The notes beneath the pieces were generated by a model. That model ran no database searches and had not been told where the DNA came from. It saw only the letters and a list, made by a program, of their open reading frames with translations. From Alphaproteobacteria bacterium (GTDB taxonomy: Bacteria; Pseudomonadota; Alphaproteobacteria; UBA1280; UBA6503), in assembly GCA_021774615.1 (NCBI GenBank), contig JAJFIW010000010.1, forward strand, positions 10,230 through 74,229: DNA of 64,000 nt, read 5' to 3'. Positions 8,105 through 17,704 of this stretch are shown piece by piece (within the stretch, counting starts at the first letter, position 1; every line of letters starts with the position of its first letter). Both the position numbers and the translations under genes were made by a program.

Positions 8105-10957
8105 TTAAGCCTTCATATTCTTAATGATTTTATCAACAGCTGCTTGCACCGCATTTGGATCAGAAGGCTCATACTCTTTAAACCCTTGGTCCGCTTTTAG
8201 ATCTAAAGACCCACTTTCTAGATGAACTCGAACCTCTTTCATAGCGTTTCTCTCGGCAAAGTTCCTATCTTTATACTTATTAGGGTTTTGTTTTTGTAGC
8301 TCGTCAGCAATTTTACTCGAAATATCGCTAATCGCACCTTTTTCTTTGCTATACCTAGTTACAGGCTTACCATCCGCACCTACACCATCTATTCTAACTG
8401 GGAATTTACCATAGTAACCATCAATATCATTAGCCTCTGCAGCGCGCTCTAATGCATCAGCAGCGTATTTCTTCTTGCCTGCTATTTCTTGTCTTACTAA
8501 ATCTTGACGATAGTCTTTATCATCAACAGCTTCTCGCTCTTCTCTGGCTTTAGTAGTCTTAATAGAGCTTTCTCTAGCTTCATCTTTTTTACGGTTATAG
8601 CCAGTAGCATCACCAAGGAAATTACCAATAGACTCCATAGTGTCTGGAGACTCTCCACCCACTGCTTCCCTTCTTTCTTTCATGAAAGAAGCAGCTTGGT
8701 TTTTACCTGCAATTGCTGCAAGACCACCAATACCGCCAGTAACAAGAGCTGCACCACCCTTAGCTACCCCTAGAGCCGTACCACCAAGCTGTAACGCCTC
8801 TCTACCAGATATTTGCGCTGTTTGGTCAGCAGATTTAGAAACCTGCTGCACTAGCCCTGCTGGGTTTTTTAAGCCAAACATTAAGAATAGCGCAATCGCA
8901 AATGCTGCTGTATATGCCATACCTAATAGAATATCGTAGAAATCTGTTATGTTAGTGTTTGCTACCACTACGCCAGACTCCATCCCTTGCCGGAATATAT
9001 TGAATATTGCTTTTATCAGAATGAACGATATCTCAACCACTTTAAGGTATAATACTGCTAGCACTGGCATGATAAATATCATCAACGACCATTCCGGGAT
9101 AAGCAGCCCCATTAGGTATAAAAATGGCGTCATAACAATAATTAATGCCATACCCCAAGTAACGATCAATGGCATAATCTCGGAGTAAGTACCAGCAGCA
9201 AAACCACCAACTGCAGACTGGAACCACAAGAAAACTCCTGTCAATTTCTGCCCGCCAGAAAAAAGAGTCTGCCTAAGCTTGCCTTGGAACAACTGGTCAC
9301 TTTGCGCATTCTGTAAAATCCCATCTGCAACAACTTGGTCATTACGCATTAAGTTAACAATAAGACCATGTTTAACTGCTTCGAGAGCCTCATTTGGGCT
9401 TTGACAAACAATTTTCTCTCCTAAGCCAAGAAGACCAAATATGCCAGTAAAAGCGTTTACAGCTTGAGTAGTTATAGAGGTATTCGCAGCACACTCACGA
9501 TTTCCCTCTTTTACACTTCTCTGGGCATACTTATATGCTATCTGTAATTTCTGTTTTTGAGTCATACCAGACCATTCACCACCGGTTATTCCATCACAAA
9601 TAGAACTTCCTGCTCCTGAGCTTGTTTGGCACTCTTCAAATAGTTTAGTTGCAAATGCAGCTGATGTTGCACTAATCCCAAGAGATTCCTCTGCAATATT
9701 GCCCATAACATCGAACAGGTATTTATGGTATTCTTTACAGTCGTCTATTTCAGGGCTAGACCCCCAATTAAGTCTACTAAGCCCCCTATTTAAAACATTG
9801 CCCGAAGTATTCAACGAACCACTACTACTATCAACAACTGGCATATAAATAGCTATATTAGCATTTAAAACCTCTTTATTCTCATAATCTGATGCTAAAG
9901 TTTTTAGAAGAACTGCTTTAAAATCATTCTCCTTTCTATCAAAATCTACGATAAATTTAGACCACAGAGTTTCTGCAGATGTTAAAGCACCTGAAATACC
10001 ATCGCCCTCAAGCCCACTATAAGCGCTCAAACCAGTAAGGCCTGTAAATTTTTCAACATCTTTTGAGTCATCAAGAAGTGGTGGTAATGCAAATTTAGCA
10101 AAATCAGCGCTATTTAAATCAGCCCCTGCTGCAAGCTTTGATATTTCAGCTCTGGTGCTATAAAAAAGCATATGGAGGCGAATAAAGTCACCAAGGGTAA
10201 TATTACGGTCTTGCCATGCTTTAGACACATGAGGTGGGATTGCCTTAGGGCTAACTTGGACAAAACCTTCTAAAGCAGGGTCACTTGCAGTACAAACTGT
10301 TCTAAATGCTGCCGTATGGTATGCCGAGCGAAAGTCGTCAGTAGCTACATTCTTCATTAAAGATGCCGATGCTAATCTATCAGACAAAGTCCTGCTACCA
10401 ACAGGGAACAAACTTTGCGCCAGCCCTCTTCTTACCTCATTAGATACATGAATTGCAGCAGCCTGAGGGCCAAACATATACAAGCCATTACTTATATCAT
10501 GGTCTTGCATCAATCTGTCTTTTGGTGTCTGGAACTTCGAGATAGTCTCGGCAAGGTCCCCACCAGGAGTATTATTAATCTTTATCATCTCATCGTAAGT
10601 ATGCTCTTTGAGAGGGTCAATAGGGGCCACCATCCCTTGGTGGTTCGTGGGCGAGAGCTTTATAAAGAACACATTACCGCCAGTATAACTAGGCCCTGAT
10701 AACATAATGAGTAATAAAACCAACCATGGGAAAACAACCACTGCACGCCATGCAGTATGCATAATGCCGATATAAGTAAAACCAATTAAGCCAAAAGTAA
10801 AAGCAATATTCCGCAAAAACCCATTACTACTAGAGCCTAGCCCAGCAAACTGATAAAAAAGGTCAGTCTGACTGGCAAAAGCAATAGCAATCATTGAGAT
10901 TTGATCACCATCAACCCCTAAATTAGGAAAATTTGCAAGCCCTGTAGCAATTGACAT
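8105..10957 (-). CDS. traG: TraG(F)-like polytopic membrane protein (pilus assembly / mating-pair stabilisation family)
   Basis: 950 aa (F TraG is ~940 aa). It has several TM segments in the N-terminal third and again around residues 560-700, plus a Lys/Glu-rich tail. It lies directly downstream of the traH-like gene as in F. Confidence 0.6.
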   Translation of the reverse strand: MSIATGLANFPNLGVDGDQISMIAIAFASQTDLFYQFAGLGSSSNGFLRNIAFTFGLIGFTYIGIMHTAWRAVVVFPWLVLLLIMLSGPSYTGGNVFFIKLSPTNHQGMVAPIDPLKEHTYDEMIKINNTPGGDLAETISKFQTPKDRLMQDHDISNGLYMFGPQAAAIHVSNEVRRGLAQSLFPVGSRTLSDRLASASLMKNVATDDFRSAYHTAAFRTVCTASDPALEGFVQVSPKAIPPHVSKAWQDRNITLGDFIRLHMLFYSTRAEISKLAAGADLNSADFAKFALPPLLDDSKDVEKFTGLTGLSAYSGLEGDGISGALTSAETLWSKFIVDFDRKENDFKAVLLKTLASDYENKEVLNANIAIYMPVVDSSSGSLNTSGNVLNRGLSRLNWGSSPEIDDCKEYHKYLFDVMGNIAEESLGISATSAAFATKLFEECQTSSGAGSSICDGITGGEWSGMTQKQKLQIAYKYAQRSVKEGNRECAANTSITTQAVNAFTGIFGLLGLGEKIVCQSPNEALEAVKHGLIVNLMRNDQVVADGILQNAQSDQLFQGKLRQTLFSGGQKLTGVFLWFQSAVGGFAAGTYSEIMPLIVTWGMALIIVMTPFLYLMGLLIPEWSLMIFIMPVLAVLYLKVVEISFILIKAIFNIFRQGMESGVVVANTNITDFYDILLGMAYTAAFAIALFLMFGLKNPAGLVQQVSKSADQTAQISGREALQLGGTALGVAKGGAALVTGGIGGLAAIAGKNQAASFMKERREAVGGESPDTMESIGNFLGDATGYNRKKDEARESSIKTTKAREEREAVDDKDYRQDLVRQEIAGKKKYAADALERAAEANDIDGYYGKFPVRIDGVGADGKPVTRYSKEKGAISDISSKIADELQKQNPNKYKDRNFAERNAMKEVRVHLESGSLDLKADQGFKEYEPSDPNAVQAAVDKIIKNMKA

Positions 10958-10977
10958 AAATAATCCCTTTTCTAATT

Positions 10978-12549
10978 TTACCTAGAGCCAAAACGTATTT
11001 GGTCAGCTCTGTTTTGTTGACCGCTTCCAGTATTAGCAACATTCCCAATTGCGGAAGCACCTTTTGCTGCACCAGCAGCTTTGTTTTTATCCATTTCATC
11101 AATCATTGCGCTAACACGTCCAGCAACATCTTCTGTAAGGCGCATTTCTGTAATTAGAGAATCTCTTTGGTTTTTAAACATTTCTATCTGTGCTGTAACA
11201 AAGTCAAGGGTATGGGTATTCATACTATTGTCTTTGTTTGATGATTCTTCGCCACCTGACCGTATTAGAGCCTCAGACAATTTCATGATTAAAGCATTAT
11301 AAAGATCTACTGATGCCTTTGTTTTCATGACTTGGGACAAAGATGCTTTAACCCCTTCACGCTCTGACGATGGTAACGTACACATGTTTAAGTCAATATG
11401 GCCATGGATCTCTTTACCAATAAGGCATTCTGTGTGCGCTGCAACAAGTGCAACTGGGTTAACATTTTTTGATTCCTCTAAAGCAGAGCCTAAATCTGAA
11501 GTGTCTATATCAACCCCTTCACCAGCATCAACCAGACACGACTCGATAGGGCTTAAGCCATTACTAGGAGAAGGTGCAGTAGGTGTTGTAGTAGCACTAG
11601 CGCTAGCAGATGATGCTGAGCTAGAACTAGCATTTGCACCACAATGGATTTTCTCTTCACCAATTTGCACTAACCGCATAGCTTCAGAGTAACCCTTTTC
11701 ACTTATGAGTTTACAAGCCATTTCTTCTCGTTTTTCGAAACATTCCATCGCAGCATTTTCAGCAACTGCGCTTACCACACCAACAGGTATCTCGGCCTCG
11801 CCTGTTTTACCTTGACCAGAGCCAATATCGTACGCAAAATCAGGAAGGAATCGACATACACCACTTTCACTGCCCTCAGGGCATACTTGATCATGTAGTG
11901 TTCCACTCCAGCGCTTAGAACCGATAATTTTATCAATACCAGCCTGTAAGTTTGCTGGGTTATCACAGAACTGGGCATCACCACCAGAGTCGTCCAAGCA
12001 TTGTGCATAACCTTCGTCCTTAAGGCGCTTGTTGGTTACATCAGCCAAAATCTCGTTAGCATTACATTTCTCTTGTAAAATACTTACCCGTGCATGGCCA
12101 ATTGCTTTCATCCCGTCAAGAACCTGCGCCACACCTGGTTGAGAATATAATAACGATAATGCTTCGGTAGCAATAGTATTCTGTAGGTAGCTTTTAAACT
12201 CATCACCCAAATTACCAAGATTAAAGGTATTCTGTAGCATTCCACCAATATCTAACCCCGAGCAACCCAATATACCACCCATATTAATACCTGAGTTAAC
12301 ATCAAGAATTGGACGCTGATAAGGCCCAGAACCTTGTTGCAAACTGTCTGGCGAACGCATTACACCACCAAAACCATAAGAACGAGAATAATCGGGGCTA
12401 CCCATACCATTATTTGAGCCACGAGCAAGGTTGGAGTTTCTATCCAGAAATCTATTATCTTCACTATAAGCATTAGGAGCAAAAACTAGCGGAACCGCCA
12501 TAATAATAGCGGCAATAACATATATAAATGTTTTTTTGTAGCCCTGCAT
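10978..12549 (-). CDS. traH: TraH-like periplasmic F-type pilus assembly protein
   Basis: Start moved to ATG 12549 (GGGAGA upstream), giving the signal peptide MQGYKKTFIYVIAAIIMAVPLVFAPNAYS. The motif GGILGCSGLDIGGML ... KCNANE parallels F TraH INAGCGGIDAYLGSF ... SSCQAAQ (from memory). Confidence 0.65.
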   Translation of the reverse strand: MQGYKKTFIYVIAAIIMAVPLVFAPNAYSEDNRFLDRNSNLARGSNNGMGSPDYSRSYGFGGVMRSPDSLQQGSGPYQRPILDVNSGINMGGILGCSGLDIGGMLQNTFNLGNLGDEFKSYLQNTIATEALSLLYSQPGVAQVLDGMKAIGHARVSILQEKCNANEILADVTNKRLKDEGYAQCLDDSGGDAQFCDNPANLQAGIDKIIGSKRWSGTLHDQVCPEGSESGVCRFLPDFAYDIGSGQGKTGEAEIPVGVVSAVAENAAMECFEKREEMACKLISEKGYSEAMRLVQIGEEKIHCGANASSSSASSASASATTTPTAPSPSNGLSPIESCLVDAGEGVDIDTSDLGSALEESKNVNPVALVAAHTECLIGKEIHGHIDLNMCTLPSSEREGVKASLSQVMKTKASVDLYNALIMKLSEALIRSGGEESSNKDNSMNTHTLDFVTAQIEMFKNQRDSLITEMRLTEDVAGRVSAMIDEMDKNKAAGAAKGASAIGNVANTGSGQQNRADQIRFGSR

Positions 12550-12638
12550 TTTAATATTTCTCCCGAAATCCCATATAATCCCTGTATTACTTATAGATAT
12601 AGGTACTAATATAACTAATATCAATTCCTGACAGGGAA

Positions 12639-14738
12639 TTAGTCAGAATTAGAAACCCCATCGAGGAACCTACAGCTATTATGTATTTCAAGACGTAATG
12701 TGTTCATAGATTTCTCGAGTTCACCAAAAAGTGAATTAAGTTCAACAACTTGTTTACGCCTAACATCAATTCGAGCTAAATCCTTGCCAGCATGCTGGAT
12801 ACTCTTAATAGCTGAGGCTAAACGCTCGCTGACAGTAAAAAAATCACGTAGTTGCTTTAATTCTTGCTCCATCGCCTTTGGGTTGCCAAATTTAATAAGT
12901 TCAGCAGCCTCTACTTCACGGCGTAAAGCTTCAGCCTCTCCTTTAATGTCTGTTAGCTCTTCTCGTTGTTGGTTAATAACTGCTTCTCGTTGTGCTGCCC
13001 ATATTTCTTGGTCTTTTAGTACCATGGCGTAAGTTTCGATCTGCTTTTGTAGGGCCTCTGTTCTTTTTTGCGTTGCAACATCCTGACCTTGTGGAACAAG
13101 CCCACCTTTAGTATCAACAGCTGGTACAGAAGGTTTACCAAGAGTATCTACCTTACCTTCAACAGCGGCATCATAAAGCTTGTTAAACTTCTTACCTTTA
13201 GACCACTGGATACCATTACGACGAATAAACGCTACTATCTTTTCTTGCCCTTCCTCGGGCAAATCTGCACAGGTTGCAGCGTTAGTTATTTGAATCAACC
13301 CATCTTCGAATAAACCACGCAAAGTGGGGATAGCCCTATCACGCACCTTACAATATACTAATACATTAGTACGGCTTGTGCCCAAATAGTCTGATATCTT
13401 CTGTTGTGAAAAGCCCATATCGCTTAACACACCAATTGCATAGTACATCTCTGTTTTACTGGCACTATGAAGGCGCATATTAATAACAACCCTCAACCGT
13501 TTTTTATCTTCATCAGAAGCTATTTTACGGGTTATGCATAAGTAGTCATTTTTACCTCTATATTTAGCAGCCTGAATCCGTCGTACCCCGTCGATAATGT
13601 AGCCATCTTCACTAACAACTGCTGGGTATTGAGGGCTATTAATGTCGAAATTATTGGCAAAATCTATAAAGGATTCTTCACTCTCCTGAGACCTAAACTC
13701 AAACTCCATCTCTTTAAGGCTACTAATTGGACGCACTCCAACCTCTGCTAAAGGGTATTTCTTGTTTTCTTCTTCAGAGAACACCTTCTCGTAAGCAGGT
13801 GGTAAATCAGCATCTCTCTTATCGTTGTTTTTGTTACCAACCTGACCTTTTTTCGATAGCTTTATACTTTGATTTTTCTTACACAAAGCATCCAAGTCTT
13901 TGTAGTCACCTTTAAAGGTGTTAATAATCTCTTTTGCTCTGTCTTCGTCTGCATTTTGGAATGCCTCTGAAAGCAAGCGTAGTACTCGTTTTTCATTAAA
14001 TTTTAATTTAATGAAATCATTATGAACAGACTTTAAGTCTCTATCTATCAGGCGTTGTACATAAAAAGCGTCCATAAGCTCGTTCATGACTTGGCTTGCA
14101 CGCGAGTCTGTTACACCAAAATGGTAGGCAATCTCTTGGAAGTTATAAACACCGCCAACTTTAACATGTAATAAAGCAGCTTGTTTTTTCTCATCGCTCT
14201 CTTTGGCTACTAGTTCCGACAATTTTTGGTCAAAGAAACTATCACGCATAATTCTAAAAACAGCGTCATCTTCACGGTTGCCATAGGCTTCTGCTACCTC
14301 ACCTCGTAAAGACTCTTGCAAAGTATTTTCATGGTCAAGGTGTTGTACCAACAAAGGAGGGTCTGTTCTAAAACGTTCTTTTTCAGATGGGTTCATTTGG
14401 TCTGTCATTGCTTGGCGTGCTTGGTACTCGGGGTCACGATTACGCATTTCCATTGCTCGTGCCTCAAGGCGGCTACCAAAAAATGTATTAAACTTTACCG
14501 AAATTTCGCTACCATCTTCTTTTTCGATAACTGGTTTATAGTCGCGAACACACATTAATAAAACTTCGTAGCCTTCTTGTGCTAACTCATCAGGATCTAG
14601 ACGAAAATTACGAGAGATACTCCCAATAGCGGCACCTCTACTATCAAGGTAAGCAACAGCATCTTCAAAAGCTAAGCAATAGCCTTTATCTTGCTGTTTC
14701 ATTTTCTCTAAACTAGCTTTGGTAGTTTTCCTTGGCAC
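12639..14738 (-). CDS. Fusion protein: sigma-70-like N-terminal half (regions 2 and 4), ParB/Srx-type domain, HTH and a long C-terminal coiled coil
   Basis: Region-2-like DELAQEGYEVLLMCVRDYKP...FNTFFGSRLEARAMEMRN and region-4-like YNFQEIAYHFGVTDSRASQVMNELMDAF. ParB box PAVVSEDGYIIDGVRRIQAAKYRG, then HTH FSQQKISDYLGTSRTNVLVYCKV. The last ~150 aa are heptad-rich (EELTDIKGEAEALRREVEAAE). Confidence 0.6.
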   Translation of the reverse strand: MPRKTTKASLEKMKQQDKGYCLAFEDAVAYLDSRGAAIGSISRNFRLDPDELAQEGYEVLLMCVRDYKPVIEKEDGSEISVKFNTFFGSRLEARAMEMRNRDPEYQARQAMTDQMNPSEKERFRTDPPLLVQHLDHENTLQESLRGEVAEAYGNREDDAVFRIMRDSFFDQKLSELVAKESDEKKQAALLHVKVGGVYNFQEIAYHFGVTDSRASQVMNELMDAFYVQRLIDRDLKSVHNDFIKLKFNEKRVLRLLSEAFQNADEDRAKEIINTFKGDYKDLDALCKKNQSIKLSKKGQVGNKNNDKRDADLPPAYEKVFSEEENKKYPLAEVGVRPISSLKEMEFEFRSQESEESFIDFANNFDINSPQYPAVVSEDGYIIDGVRRIQAAKYRGKNDYLCITRKIASDEDKKRLRVVINMRLHSASKTEMYYAIGVLSDMGFSQQKISDYLGTSRTNVLVYCKVRDRAIPTLRGLFEDGLIQITNAATCADLPEEGQEKIVAFIRRNGIQWSKGKKFNKLYDAAVEGKVDTLGKPSVPAVDTKGGLVPQGQDVATQKRTEALQKQIETYAMVLKDQEIWAAQREAVINQQREELTDIKGEAEALRREVEAAELIKFGNPKAMEQELKQLRDFFTVSERLASAIKSIQHAGKDLARIDVRRKQVVELNSLFGELEKSMNTLRLEIHNSCRFLDGVSNSD

Positions 14739-15032
14739 AATACAATTCCTTTTTATTTTCTGACACTATAAGCACAAGCAAAATACAACTATAGGTACTC
14801 GCACTATCTAGATGCATAAAGAACATTGTAGAATATAATCCAAAAAAACAAAATAACTAACATGTCAGGAATTACTACTAAATAGGATTATAATAAATAG
14901 ATGTTGCACAAAAAGCGCTTAATTTGTCAGTCAGCTTTGTAGATTTGTAATAGCATATTACCCATTACTTACTATTAAGGATAAAAGTATACAGCGTACC
15001 AAGCAAGCTACTTAGTAGGGGGGGGTATTTAA

Positions 15033-16772
15033 CTAGGCAGCGCTACTAGCTGCTTTTGTTTTGAACACATCTAGGTACGAGCTTTGTTGCCCGCTGTATA
15101 GTAGAATAGACTCTTTGCTAGCGCGAGTGACTGCCATATAAAGCAAGCGACGTTCGGCGTTGCCCAATTGGGGCAATACCCGATAAGAAAATGGGTAATT
15201 ATGTTTAGATGTAAATGGCACAATTACATGGGTAAATGCCATATTTCTGCTTTCTCGAACTGGGCTAACAATAACTTTTGCAGTTGGGTCTGGTTTACGG
15301 TGTTGCGTTAACTTTTTAAGTATTTGTACCAAACTACCTTTTGTCGACAATAACTCATCTAAAGCTAGTAGTGCGTCTTGGCGGTCATCTTGGCGTAATT
15401 TTTCGAACATATGGTAAATCATAGCTTTAAAAACTACTTTCGGGCCCATTTCTGGCATCATTTTACTGTAGTTAACCAGTTTTTGGCGTAAAACACCTAG
15501 CTCTTTTAGCGCTGCTAACGGGAGGTCAGCCTCAACACCACTGGGGATCGGAGCACCTCTTTTAAGCCAACCGTCTGCCATAAGCCCATGGGAAAATAAA
15601 GTGTCAATAACTTGTGATGACAAACCAAAAACTGACAGAACATTACGTAAACGGTTATTACTCGCTCGGCTTAAGACAACCTCTAGCAAGTCGAGCACCA
15701 AGGTAGCACCTGGAGTTTCCCAAATTGAACGGGCAAAACTACTATGAGCAATACCAATATTATTAAGAACTCGCTCCACTTGACGGGCTTGTATGTCGTG
15801 GCGGGTAATAATCCCTATACTGTTGCTACTGTCTTTTGCCCAGTTGCTAACCAATTTTGCTATCTCGCGCATTTCTTGCTCTACACCTTGGCAACTAACA
15901 ATCGAGAATCGCCCACCTTGGCTAACAGCTTTATTAGGTAGCACCAATCTATCTTCTAGTGGAGATATTAGCTTATCTGAGCTGTCAACAAGTAGGCTTG
16001 GTAAGCGGTAGTTGTCTGTTAGGGTGAAGCGTTTAAGGTCGTTCATTTCTTCAAAGTCAATAAATGCATCTTTACCAAGGGCGCCTGCTCTTTTGAAAAG
16101 CATTAGGTCGTCGCAACCAAAAGCATAAATTTTTGTGCCTGCCTTTAGGTGGTCCACCAACCATAAAAGCTGGATTTGCGTTACATCTTGGAAGTTATCT
16201 ATAAAAATATGTTTAACTCTTACCGTTTCATAAATATCGTTACGCATACCGATAATATGCCTCCGAACAAGGTCGTAGCGGTCGCAAAGGCCAGCTTGTT
16301 CTAGGCGCTGCTTATAGGTATTGAAAAGGTCAAAATGGTCTTCGGTCTCGCTAGGTTTGCGCCCACGGCTTTTAAACGAACACATTATATGTTCAGCCTC
16401 TTTTACATAGCCCTTAAAGCCAACTTCTTCCATAGACTGTCGCAGTAAACGACGCACAAAATTGTTATCTGCCACCTTAGGCAGGTTATCTTTATCAGTA
16501 GCGCCCATCGCCATTAAGGGCAGGTCAACCGTAGTTCCTACAACAATCCCCGCACTAGCACTACCCAGCCTAGCAGCTAATTGCTGGCGCATAACCATTA
16601 AGCTCCGATAAGAAAAAGTAAGAACTGCAATGCTGTTAGCGCTAACCCCTTGCTCGACAAGGTAAGCAATTTTACGGAACATAACAGAAGTTTTACCTGT
16701 GCCTGGTGCCCCTAAAACAGTACAAGAATTGTCGTAAGCTATAACAGCTGATTGTTGTTTACTAAACTTCAT
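15033..16772 (-). CDS. UvrD/Rep/PcrA-family SF1 DNA helicase, short form (579 aa)
   Basis: KQQSAVIAYDNSCTVLGAPGTGKTSV (Walker A), IFIDNFQDVTQ (motif II, DExQD-like) and C-terminal LLYMAVTRASKE. Its ATG overlaps the stop of the upstream transglycosylase gene (TAATG at 16770-16774). Confidence 0.8.
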   Translation of the reverse strand: MKFSKQQSAVIAYDNSCTVLGAPGTGKTSVMFRKIAYLVEQGVSANSIAVLTFSYRSLMVMRQQLAARLGSASAGIVVGTTVDLPLMAMGATDKDNLPKVADNNFVRRLLRQSMEEVGFKGYVKEAEHIMCSFKSRGRKPSETEDHFDLFNTYKQRLEQAGLCDRYDLVRRHIIGMRNDIYETVRVKHIFIDNFQDVTQIQLLWLVDHLKAGTKIYAFGCDDLMLFKRAGALGKDAFIDFEEMNDLKRFTLTDNYRLPSLLVDSSDKLISPLEDRLVLPNKAVSQGGRFSIVSCQGVEQEMREIAKLVSNWAKDSSNSIGIITRHDIQARQVERVLNNIGIAHSSFARSIWETPGATLVLDLLEVVLSRASNNRLRNVLSVFGLSSQVIDTLFSHGLMADGWLKRGAPIPSGVEADLPLAALKELGVLRQKLVNYSKMMPEMGPKVVFKAMIYHMFEKLRQDDRQDALLALDELLSTKGSLVQILKKLTQHRKPDPTAKVIVSPVRESRNMAFTHVIVPFTSKHNYPFSYRVLPQLGNAERRLLYMAVTRASKESILLYSGQQSSYLDVFKTKAASSAA

Positions 16773-17545
16773 TAACCTTGGCTACCATCATAATTTAACC
16801 GATGTACCTTTTTATACATCGCCCACACATTTTTAACATAGCGGTCAGCATGAACACTTGTTTTGCTATGATACCGACCTACACTTGTCCACCAGTCATG
16901 ATTTTGGCGGTGTTCCATTAAGTATGATACTGCATAGCGCACATTATGGTAAGGGTCAAATGCTTGTGCAATATCGGCAAAATTACTACCATGATACATC
17001 CAATTAACCTGCATTAGCCCAATATCGATATTATTATGCCCTGCTGCAAGTAGTCTGTTCACAAAAAATGTGGCTTCCCATTTATTCTTGAACCTCTTAG
17101 AAAACCGCAGTCCACGTAAAACAACTTCGTCGTCAGCATCAATAGCTACTAATACTGCTTGTGCTGTTTTTGGGCTAAGAGACTTATAGAACTTACCAGA
17201 ACTTTTTTTAATAGAGAAAGACTTAAAGCCCAGATTTTGTAGATGTTTCATCTCTAGCAAAGCTTTTTGAGCTGGCGCTTTTATTGAACGTGATGAATTA
17301 ACATTTGTTGTATAAGGCCATGGCATGTACTGGTTACCAAGCCCTTGCCCTGTCTCGACAAGGCTAATAGAATGTAGCAACCCACGAGGGATAGAATGTT
17401 TTGCCTCAGCATCATGCAACGCTTGCCATGCACTAAGGGCTACGGTTTTATCTGCACCTGCAGCAATATTAACATGTGTACCAACCACCAAAAATGATAG
17501 CAGGAATATAATTAATAATGGTTTACTGCGCATAAAATTCTCCAT
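16772..17545 (-). CDS. Secreted lytic transglycosylase (SLT domain), T4SS/pilus-associated peptidoglycan hydrolase
   Basis: Signal peptide MRSKPLLIIFLLSFLVVGTHVNIAAGA. Catalytic-Glu motif LLHSISLVETG, then IDIGLMQVN and YAVSYL, which together form the classic SLT signature. Confidence 0.8.
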   Translation of the reverse strand: MENFMRSKPLLIIFLLSFLVVGTHVNIAAGADKTVALSAWQALHDAEAKHSIPRGLLHSISLVETGQGLGNQYMPWPYTTNVNSSRSIKAPAQKALLEMKHLQNLGFKSFSIKKSSGKFYKSLSPKTAQAVLVAIDADDEVVLRGLRFSKRFKNKWEATFFVNRLLAAGHNNIDIGLMQVNWMYHGSNFADIAQAFDPYHNVRYAVSYLMEHRQNHDWWTSVGRYHSKTSVHADRYVKNVWAMYKKVHRLNYDGSQG

Positions 17546-17650
17546 GAGTACTATCTTATCATGTGGGAATTAAACTAACAAAAAGCAAGGGGTTTCCTGT
17601 AAATAGAGAAAGAACAACTGTGACAAACTAGCCGCAATAACACACTCTAT

Positions 17651-17694
17651 AGAAACAAAAAAACACCTGTGATTAACAAGTGTTTTTTGTTTCT
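17651..17694 (-). terminator. Long hairpin immediately downstream of the traK stop
   Basis: AGAAACAAAAAAACAC / GTGTTTTTTGTTTCT arms (15-16 nt, one bulge) around a 13-nt loop, 11 nt after the stop at 17705. Confidence 0.55.
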
Positions 17695-17704
17695 ATAAAA
17701 AATA

